From sequence record CP132321.1: a stretch of DNA of 11,613 bases. One strand, given 5' to 3'. Position numbers and translations under genes: made by a program. Each line of letters starts with the position of its first letter. Within the stretch, counting starts at the first letter, position 1. The DNA comes from a plasmid. The notes below the pieces were generated by a model. The model searched no databases. It worked only from the letters and a program-made list of their open reading frames with translations, and was not told where the DNA came from. Below are positions 6,335-11,613 of the stretch, piece by piece.

Positions 6335-6649
6335 TTAAAAGAGCGCCGGGACGGGCTCCGGCTTCACAGGAACGCGCACCGTCGCCACGATCTCGGCCTC
6401 GCGGTTGCGGGCCTCGGCCAGGTCATAGGCGAGCTGCATGCGCAGCCAGGTGTCGGCGCTCGATCCGAAAACCTTCTCGAACCGGATCGCCATATCGGGC
6501 GTGATGGCACCGCGCCCATTCACGATCTTATCGAGCGTCTGGCGGCTGACGCCGAGGGCTGTAGCGGCTTCGCCAACGGTCAATTGCAGCTCGGGCAGGC
6601 AGTCGTCACGGACGATGCGGCCAGGATGCGGGGGGTTCTTCATGTTCAT
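6335..6649 (-). CDS. higA: HigA-family antitoxin (XRE-type HTH).
   Basis: It matches HigA almost residue for residue: HPGRIVRDDCLPELQLTVGEAATALGVSRQTLDKIVNGRGAITPDMAIRFEKVFGSSADTWLRMQ. A GGAGGA SD lies in the 12-nt gap after the higB stop. Toxin-first order is typical of hig loci. Confidence 0.9.
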   Translation of the reverse strand: MNMKNPPHPGRIVRDDCLPELQLTVGEAATALGVSRQTLDKIVNGRGAITPDMAIRFEKVFGSSADTWLRMQLAYDLAEARNREAEIVATVRVPVKPEPVPALF

Positions 6650-6661
6650 AGCTCAGTCCTC

Positions 6662-6940
6662 CTAATGGTAATCAACATGATCCAGGTCGAATGCGTCTTC
6701 GCCTTCAAACCTGAAAATAATTCTCCAATTTCCAGTCACCCACACGGCATGAAAGCCCTTATAGTTTCCGGTCAATGGATGTAATCGGTATCCGGCAACG
6801 TCGCAGTCTTCGATTCTTCTCGCGGCGTGGATCGTTGCTAGCCGGTTTTCAATACGATTGATCTGGTCTGGCGGCAGGCCACGCCCATCACCGTCTTCGA
6901 ATAATTTGCGCAATCGCTTGTTTCTGAATGAGCGTATCAT
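6662..6940 (-). CDS. higB: HigB-family toxin (RelE/ParE superfamily mRNA interferase, plasmid-maintenance killer protein).
   Basis: MIRSFRNKRLRKLFEDGDGRGLPPDQINRIENRLATIHAARRIEDCDVAGYRLHPLTGNYKGFHAVWVTGNWRIIFRFEGEDAFDLDHVDYH matches the HigB family along its full length (93 aa). I place the start at the ATG at 6940. The ORF track extends the frame a further 21 codons to 7003 (MKRLSGIKL...), which is an alternative start. Confidence 0.88.
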   Translation of the reverse strand: MIRSFRNKRLRKLFEDGDGRGLPPDQINRIENRLATIHAARRIEDCDVAGYRLHPLTGNYKGFHAVWVTGNWRIIFRFEGEDAFDLDHVDYH

Positions 6941-7016
6941 ATGCTTTTCAATGTAAAGTGACAATTGTCGGTTGTCAAGTTTTATTCCGCTAAGCCTCTT
7001 CAATGCAGCCGATCGT

Positions 7017-7295
7017 TCAGGCGTTGCCCTTCGGGATCACAGGCAGAAACCTATGCTCCTGCTCGAACGCTCCCGGTTCGCGTGCTTCGGCTATCGCCCA
7101 TCTGAACACGTCGAAACTCGCCATGGCTGCGCCGCTCGAATTGAGGGCGGCGGTCAGAAAGACGTGCCGCATAGCCGGATGGCTGGCCGCGTCCGCATCG
7201 GCTAGATGCGCCTCGACGGAATCCAGCAGATCGCGCACCCGATCCAGCTCGGCGCGATAGTTCCTCATGGCCTCGTCCATCCATGGCCTTGGCAT
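7017..7295 (-). CDS. Hypothetical 92-aa protein directly upstream of higBA on the same strand. Function unknown.
   Basis: A GAGAGG stretch lies about 10 nt upstream of the ATG at 7293-7295. An alternative start is MDEAMRNY at 7280. The frame is open and Ala/Asp/Arg-rich. It is co-oriented with higBA with a gap of no more than 76 bp. I recognise no domain, and it could be a GC-rich spurious frame. Confidence 0.35.
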   Translation of the reverse strand: MPRPWMDEAMRNYRAELDRVRDLLDSVEAHLADADAASHPAMRHVFLTAALNSSGAAMASFDVFRWAIAEAREPGAFEQEHRFLPVIPKGNA

Positions 7296-7601
7296 CTGGC
7301 GCGGCCTCTCAAAAAGCTCTGCTCCGCAGACAATACCGGCCTATCCGCCCCTGTGAATCCCCCAATCTGGCCCTAAAATTGCTGTTCCCTGTTCGATGCC
7401 CCCGCAGGGGCAGCGAACCCCCGCCGAAGGCGGGCGATGTTCCCCGTCCCGATACCTCACCCGCATCGGCATGCGCAGCGGCAGTCACCCGAAGGGGCGG
7501 AACGTAGTGGAGCACGGCGAAGCCGTTGACAGAGCGAGCATGTCGATAAGCTGGCGGCAGGGATGGAAACAAAAACCGATCCGGCGCAGCCGGATTCCGC
7601 A

Positions 7602-8312
7602 TCAAACCTCCTTAGAAAAAGAACCTAGCTCGGATTCAGTCCGCTGAGCGGACTCACGCTCTTTTCGAGCAGAAATGGCCGCTCCGAGACGGGAAAGCGC
7701 CTGTGCCAGCACCGGGTCTTCGATGCGGAATAGGGGCAGCTCGGCCAGGCTCAGCGTGCGCTCGTGCGCCTCGATGTCTGCCAGGCGAAGAGCGCGGCGA
7801 TGTTCGAAGTCACAGGGCACGGGCGGCGTCGCCACCATGCGGCCGAGCAGCCGTTTGGCGCGCGCGGGCAGGGAGAGGCGATAGGCGTTGCTGGTCTGCT
7901 GAACCTGCGGGCCGCCGGCGGCCGCATTCTCGGCCGGCACATAGCGGCGTAGCCAGTCCAGGAAGCCATGCGAGCGGAGGGCCTTCAATGCCCGCACGAT
8001 CGCGTCGCGGGATCGCTTCAGCTTCGCCATGAGATAATCGAGCGAGGGATCGAGGCGGCCGGTGCGCTCGTGCACCAGGCGCGTGAGATAGTCCAAGACC
8101 TCGATCGCGACGCTGCCAAGAGCGCCCTGGCGCGCGCCGGCGGTCTTCGTCGCCAGCTCGTAGCGCCGGGCTCCGAGGCGAATCTGCGCGGCCTCCTGGG
8201 CGGTGATCCTGCGCCAGAACAGCGCCTCGCACCGGCCGGCAAGGCCCGATGATCGTCTAACAGGTGTGCGTGGTCGTTCGGCCGTGATGACGGCCCCAAT
8301 AGCTGCAAACAT
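7602..8312 (-). CDS. Putative winged-helix DNA-binding protein, replication-initiator-like or plasmid-maintenance-like (236 aa). Assignment tentative.
   Basis: There is a good SD (GAAGGGA) 6 nt before the ATG at 8310-8312. A central block, GALGSVAIEVLDYLTRLVHERTGRLDPSLDYLMAKLKRSRDAIVRALKALRSHGFLDWLRR, looks like a wHTH of the kind found in Rep/RepA-like proteins of alphaproteobacterial plasmids and ICEs. It is flanked by 640 bp of non-coding DNA. Confidence 0.55.
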   Translation of the reverse strand: MFAAIGAVITAERPRTPVRRSSGLAGRCEALFWRRITAQEAAQIRLGARRYELATKTAGARQGALGSVAIEVLDYLTRLVHERTGRLDPSLDYLMAKLKRSRDAIVRALKALRSHGFLDWLRRYVPAENAAAGGPQVQQTSNAYRLSLPARAKRLLGRMVATPPVPCDFEHRRALRLADIEAHERTLSLAELPLFRIEDPVLAQALSRLGAAISARKERESAQRTESELGSFSKEV

Positions 8313-8462
8313 GCGTTTCCCTTCGGCGTAGTGCCGAGGGAAGGGGGCCGCTCACGCGATAGAACCGGCCGAAAAAAGGCCAAGCGATCCCGTGGCAAGA
8401 AATAGCTCTTGCAATCAGCCGGCGATTTTGGGAAACTGGATTTGTTCAGGATCACAGTTTTC

Positions 8463-8507
8463 CCGGCCTCGCCGGTATCAGAAGCCCGCCACCTCGGCGG
8501 GTTTTTG
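8463..8507 (+). terminator. Rho-independent terminator on the plus strand. Two hairpins precede a T-run: CCGGC-ctc-GCCGG (8463-8475), then GCCCGCC-acctc-GGCGGG(T) (8484-8501), then TTTTT (8502-8506).
   Basis: It has the canonical GC stem, 5-nt loop and U-tract. No annotated plus-strand gene lies upstream of it, so it is an orphan terminator. Confidence 0.6.
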
Positions 8508-8641
8508 TGTTTCTGGGCTCTCGTGAACCTTTCAACGCAGGCGGCAGAATCGCCACCTGATTCGGTTTATGGTGCCGGATAGGGCTGATTCCGGCAAGAA
8601 TTAAACGAAAACTGCCCCCGCCGCAGATTTACGAAATTCAC

Positions 8642-8713
8642 TCAATAGGCTGGCTGGCCGGTCAAAATCAGCGCGGCGAAAATAATGATCGTGACGATAA
8701 TGAGCTTACGCAT
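8642..8713 (-). CDS. Candidate small hydrophobic peptide (23 aa, MRKLIIVTIIIFAALILTGQPAY), type-I-toxin-like or small-membrane-peptide-like. Speculative.
   Basis: It lies in the AT-rich intergenic region. An SD-like AAGAGG sits 6-7 nt upstream of the ATG. The AT-rich Ile/Leu codons are atypical for this GC-rich replicon. A 9-bp inverted repeat ATAGGCAGA/TCTGCCTAT (8712-8720 and 8734-8742) brackets the SD and start codon. The peptide is too short for the ORF track. Confidence 0.25.
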   Translation of the reverse strand: MRKLIIVTIIIFAALILTGQPAY

Positions 8714-8869
8714 AGGCAGAGCCTCTTTGTGGGTCTGCCTATTTCAACACGTCATGCCTTTTACCCTGTCCGGCCGGCTTATTCGGTCGCCGGCGGCGGT
8801 TTACAGGTTGAAGTATTCGCAGGCCGGCGAGGGGTTTTGAATCGCCATGTTTTATTGGCGTTTTGAAAT

Positions 8870-8903
8870 AAAAAAGGCCCTCGCGCGAAAGCGGGGCCTT
8901 TTC
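8870..8903. terminator. Bidirectional intrinsic terminator: AAAAAA-GGCCC(t)CGC-gcgaaa-GCGGGGCC-TTTTCGATTT.
   Basis: The stem is 8876-8898, flanked by an A-run upstream and a T-run downstream. It lies 55-80 bp downstream of the stop of the minus-strand recombinase gene (8955), so it most plausibly terminates that gene. It can also act on plus-strand transcripts. Confidence 0.65.
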
Positions 8904-8954
8904 GATTTGGCGAGTATTTCGCCGTTATTTTAATTTTGGTTCCATAATGCGCGA

Positions 8955-9512
8955 TTATGCGGCCTGCGCCTTTGCTAAAAACCGCGAGATCGTGGAACGC
9001 GAAACCCGCAAAACCTCACCAATTTCGGCGTGGCTCTTGTCCTCGGCCGCCATGCTATGCGCCTCGGCCTGCTGTGCGGGAGTGAGAAGGGGACGGCGTC
9101 CTAGCCGCTTGCCAGCCTTCACAGCGCGGGCGCGGCCTTCCGTGGTGCGTTCCTTGATCAGGGACCGCTCGAACTCTGCCAGCCCCCCTAGGACGGTCAG
9201 CATGAGCTTTCCGGCTGGCGTGGTCGTGTCGGCCCATGCCTCGGCTATCGATTTGAAATGCCCGCCCGCCTGCTCGATCTGGTGGACGACATTGAGAAGG
9301 TCGCGGGTGCTACGGGCGAGGCGATCCAGTCGTGTCACCATCAGCACGCCGTCATAGGGCAGGGCGGCCATAGCCTTCTTGAGCTGCGGGCGATCCGTCC
9401 GCGCTCCTGATGCCGTTTCCTGAAAGATGGTCGTGCAGCCTGCGGCCTTAAGCTGCTCGATCTGGGCGGCAAGGGTCTGGCCGGAAGTGCTAACGCGGGC
9501 ATAGCCAATCAT
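8955..9512 (-). CDS. Small serine recombinase, resolvase/DNA-invertase family (catalytic N-domain plus C-terminal HTH).
   Basis: MIGYARVSTSGQTLAAQIEQL contains the catalytic serine in the YARVSTxxQ motif. The conserved R residues and LMVTRLDRLARS are present. The C-terminal HTH reads EIGEVLRVSRSTISRFL. At 185 aa it matches Tn3-resolvase/Hin-type enzymes in size. Confidence 0.9.
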   Translation of the reverse strand: MIGYARVSTSGQTLAAQIEQLKAAGCTTIFQETASGARTDRPQLKKAMAALPYDGVLMVTRLDRLARSTRDLLNVVHQIEQAGGHFKSIAEAWADTTTPAGKLMLTVLGGLAEFERSLIKERTTEGRARAVKAGKRLGRRPLLTPAQQAEAHSMAAEDKSHAEIGEVLRVSRSTISRFLAKAQAA

Positions 9513-9519
9513 GGCAATA

Positions 9520-9601
9520 ATTCTGCACCTGAATTATGCACCACGCAAGCGATTGAAAACGCTAGGCGGGATAGACGGTGCAAAAATCGTGATTTATGCA
9601 C
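9520..9601. other. Candidate recombinase binding/crossover (res-like) site in the promoter region of the recombinase gene. Directly repeated TGCACC sits at 9524 and 9537. An imperfect dyad GTGCAAAAAT-cgtg-ATTTATGCAC sits at 9578-9601.
   Basis: The region is AT-rich and lies immediately upstream of the serine recombinase start, the usual res position. The 10-bp arms with one mismatch and a 4-bp spacer fit a dimer-binding subsite. Four TGCAC/GTGCA half-sites fall within 80 bp. Confidence 0.4.
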
Positions 9602-9659
9602 TTACATGCCCTTACTAAGGCAAGACTAGAGATTTAAATTAGCAAAAAAGGGACATTGG

Positions 9660-10106
9660 ATGGGTGAACAATCTAGAGTGAATGTAGGCTGCCTAAAGCT
9701 TGAAGTCGTCGGAAAAATAAATTCGTCGGACGAGGCAGTAATACTTGAGCTTTTGCGTGCACACAATATTAGCAATTTTGGACAGAGCGGTAGATCAGAC
9801 CTTGCAATCATCCTGCGCGACGGCGGGAATACGATTGGTGGCCTTGTGGGATACACAAGTCGAAGGATGCTGTATGTCAGCCTCCTCTTTGTTCCCGCAG
9901 AGATGCGGAATCAGGGACTTGCAGGTCGCATGCTGGAGATGGCGGAACAGGAAGCCATCTCCAGAAATTGCATTGGTGCTTATCTCGACACGATGAGCTG
10001 CGACGCGGAAAATTTTTACCGAAAGCGGGGGTACGAGGTTTTCGGCCGCCTAGACGGCTTCGAGGATGCCTTGACCGTCGCTTGGATGAAAAAGCGGCTT
10101 CGGTAG
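9660..10106 (+). CDS. GNAT-family N-acetyltransferase (148 aa).
   Basis: Acetyl-CoA binding motif A, RNQGLAGRMLE (Q/RxxGxG/A), is followed by the family-typical C-terminal YRKRGYEVFG. An AAGGGA SD lies 7 nt before the ATG. GC is markedly lower (about 47%) than in the backbone. Confidence 0.8.
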   Translation: MGEQSRVNVGCLKLEVVGKINSSDEAVILELLRAHNISNFGQSGRSDLAIILRDGGNTIGGLVGYTSRRMLYVSLLFVPAEMRNQGLAGRMLEMAEQEAISRNCIGAYLDTMSCDAENFYRKRGYEVFGRLDGFEDALTVAWMKKRLR

Positions 10107-10273
10107 CCCTACAGCTACCAAAAGTCGTTCCATAATGGCTGTTATCAGATTGCAGCCCTACCAATTTGGTTGCTATCCGGAGAGTGCGGTGCGATAGAAA
10201 CCCCTAGGGTGTTCCGCTCTGATAGTTGGGCGGGCAGGTTTTAGCGTAGGTCGGGCCGCCGCGCGGGATTCCT

Positions 10274-11470
10274 GTGACTATGCCGCGCTCCTTTTCGACC
10301 TTCCGTGAATTTCTGCGCACTGAATCTGCGGGCGGTATTGTCCTTATGGGTGCAGCCGCGCTCGCTCTCATCATTGCCAATTCACCGCTTGCGCCAACAT
10401 ATTTCGCGGTTCTCAAGGTCTATATCGGCCCGCTGAACCTGCTTCACTGGATCAACGACGCCTTAATGGCGGTGTTTTTCTTGTTGGTAGGTTTGGAGAT
10501 CAAACGCGAAGTTCTGGACGGTCAACTCTCAACCTGGAGCCGCCGAACCCTGCCGGGCGTTGCAGCGCTTGGCGGCATGATCGTACCAGCCCTGATTTAC
10601 ATTGCGTTCAATCGCGCTGACCCCTCCGCTCTGCGGGGCTGGGCTATCCCTGGGGCGACGGACATCGCGTTCGCGCTCGGCGTGCTGTCCTTGCTCGGGC
10701 CACGGGTTCCTACCTCGTTGAAGGTCTTTCTGGCAGCGTTGGCGATCATTGATGACTTGGGCGCGGTGATTATTATCGCGATCTTCTACACGGCCCAATT
10801 GAACGTCTATGCGCTCCTTGGTGCGCTATTTGTCCTTATGATCCTCCGGGGGATCGCCAACTTCGGCCACGACCGCCTGCCGCTTTATCTGCTGTTTGGA
10901 GCGGTGCTGTGGGTGCTGGTGCTGATGTCGGGTGTTCACGCCACCATAGCGGGCGTCCTGCTGGCATTGATGATCCCGATCACGAAGACGCCTGCCAAAC
11001 CCGAGGCGGCTCCCGCGATATCGCCGCTGCACCGCCTTGAACATGCACTGCACATGCCCGTCGCTTTCGTGATCATCCCGATCTTCGGCTTCGCCAATGC
11101 GGGGGTGTCGTTCTCAGGGCTTACCACAGCCGTATTGAGCGACACGCTCGCGGTCGGGGTCGCCGCCGGACTGGTGTTCGGTAAGCTGATCGGCGTCTTC
11201 GGCGCGGCCGCCGTTCTCGTTCGCGCGGGATGGGCAGATTTACCGGTCAATGCGACCTGGCCTCAGATGCTCGGCGTGTCGCTACTCTGCGGCATTGGTT
11301 TCACGATGAGCCTTTTCATCGGTCTGCTCGCCTTCGACGATCCCTCGATGCAAGACCGCGTCAAGTACGGGATTCTTGCTGGATCGCTCCTAGCTGGATT
11401 GGCCGGATACCTAATCCTTCGGCTGCAACGGCCAAATCCAATGAAATTCAAAAACGGGGGGTTATCATGA
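10274..11470 (+). CDS. nhaA: Na+/H+ antiporter NhaA.
   Basis: It matches the NhaA family along its full length: WINDALMAVFFLLVGLEIKRE, GGMIVPALIYIAFN, GWAIPGATDIAFALGVLSLLGPRVPTSLKVFLAALAIIDDLGAVIIIAIFYT, SGVHATIAGV, CGIGFTMSLFIGLLAF. The frame opens at a GTG at 10274, and the first ATG is at 10280. Either could be the start. Confidence 0.93.
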   Translation: MTMPRSFSTFREFLRTESAGGIVLMGAAALALIIANSPLAPTYFAVLKVYIGPLNLLHWINDALMAVFFLLVGLEIKREVLDGQLSTWSRRTLPGVAALGGMIVPALIYIAFNRADPSALRGWAIPGATDIAFALGVLSLLGPRVPTSLKVFLAALAIIDDLGAVIIIAIFYTAQLNVYALLGALFVLMILRGIANFGHDRLPLYLLFGAVLWVLVLMSGVHATIAGVLLALMIPITKTPAKPEAAPAISPLHRLEHALHMPVAFVIIPIFGFANAGVSFSGLTTAVLSDTLAVGVAAGLVFGKLIGVFGAAAVLVRAGWADLPVNATWPQMLGVSLLCGIGFTMSLFIGLLAFDDPSMQDRVKYGILAGSLLAGLAGYLILRLQRPNPMKFKNGGLS

Positions 11471-11613
11471 CGCTTTTAGGAGTTGGTCTGCTAGTCGGTG
11501 CCCTCGTGCTCTTGTTCGTCTTTCGAGCCAAGGCTGATGGCGCTTCGCACCCTGCCGTTAGCACTCCTCTTGTGTCGGCCATTTTTCCCACACTGATCCT
11601 AGGGCTGATTGCC
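11467..11613 (+). CDS. 5' end of a membrane-protein gene, partial (continues beyond the window). It reads MTLLGVGLLVGALVLLFVFRAKADGASHPAVSTPLVSAIFPTLILGLIA...
   Basis: Its ATG overlaps the nhaA stop (ATGA at 11467-11470). The frame stays open to the window end and begins with a hydrophobic TM-like segment. Confidence 0.5.
   Translation, partial: MTLLGVGLLVGALVLLFVFRAKADGASHPAVSTPLVSAIFPTLILGLIA

Noticed and set aside
7309-7647. ORFs 7309..7605 (minus) and 7396..7647 (plus) in the hairpin-rich non-coding region.
   Set aside because: Pro/Arg/Gly-rich translation is typical of GC-rich non-coding DNA. The region is better explained as structured or repeat DNA.
7638-7666. Hairpin AGTCCGC-tga-GCGGACT plus CTTTTCG, resembling a plus-strand terminator.
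   Set aside because: It lies inside the 3' coding end of the minus-strand 236-aa gene, with no plus-strand gene to terminate. It is noted under the hairpin-cluster finding rather than called as a terminator.
7675-8455. Multiple overlapping ORFs on both strands (7703..8032 plus, 7810..8232 minus, 7968..8252 plus, 8018..8455 minus) across the Rep-like gene.
   Set aside because: All are Arg/Ala/Pro-rich alternative frames of one GC-rich gene. Only frame 7602..8312 has a good SD and a globular, domain-like sequence.
8947-9357. A 136-aa plus-strand ORF antisense to the serine recombinase.
   Set aside because: The recombinase catalytic motif (YARVSTSGQ) fixes the real frame and strand.
10204-11451. 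Minus-strand ORFs overlapping nhaA (10204..10416, 10529..10798, 10826..11053, 10936..11250, 11263..11451).
   Set aside because: nhaA is matched along its full length on the plus strand. The others are antisense shadows.

Overview
This 11.6-kb, high-GC (about 60-65%) segment has codon usage typical of an alphaproteobacterial (Rhizobiales-like) replicon. I read it as the backbone of a mobilizable plasmid or integrative mobilizable element, followed by lower-GC cargo and a housekeeping-type nhaA gene.

In order along the window:
- A MOB module on the minus strand: MobC relaxosome accessory gene, then a MobA/VirD2-type relaxase with the HxH histidine motif. Just upstream of mobC is an AT-rich inverted repeat that is a candidate oriT.
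- A minus-strand gene for a protein with an HTH DNA-binding domain, a K/P/S-rich linker and a coiled-coil tail.
- A plus-strand VirD4/TraG-type type IV coupling protein (T4CP) with Walker A, DPK and Walker B motifs. No mating-pair-formation genes are present in the window.
- Two small membrane-protein genes translationally coupled to the T4CP gene.
- A lower-GC islet carrying a Glu/Lys-rich 156-aa ORF and a 95-aa ORF packed back to back.
- A HigB/HigA toxin-antitoxin pair with an extra upstream 92-aa ORF.
- A 236-aa putative DNA-binding (Rep-like) protein.
- About 640 bp of non-coding, partly AT-rich DNA. It contains an orphan intrinsic terminator, a possible 23-aa hydrophobic peptide gene and a bidirectional terminator.
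- A small serine recombinase (resolvase/invertase type) with res-like dyad repeats upstream.
- A lower-GC GNAT acetyltransferase gene.
- The Na+/H+ antiporter gene nhaA, then the start of another membrane-protein gene.

The most unusual signal is a pair of arrays of the palindromic hexamer TTCGAA. They total 15 copies, several extended to 10-14-bp palindromes, phased at roughly 10-12 bp. One array lies in the divergent promoter region between the HTH gene and the T4CP gene. The other lies inside the linker-coding part of the HTH gene itself. This arrangement looks like a DNA-binding-protein assembly site: an operator array, an oriT accessory site or a centromere-like site. The arrays deserve experimental attention.
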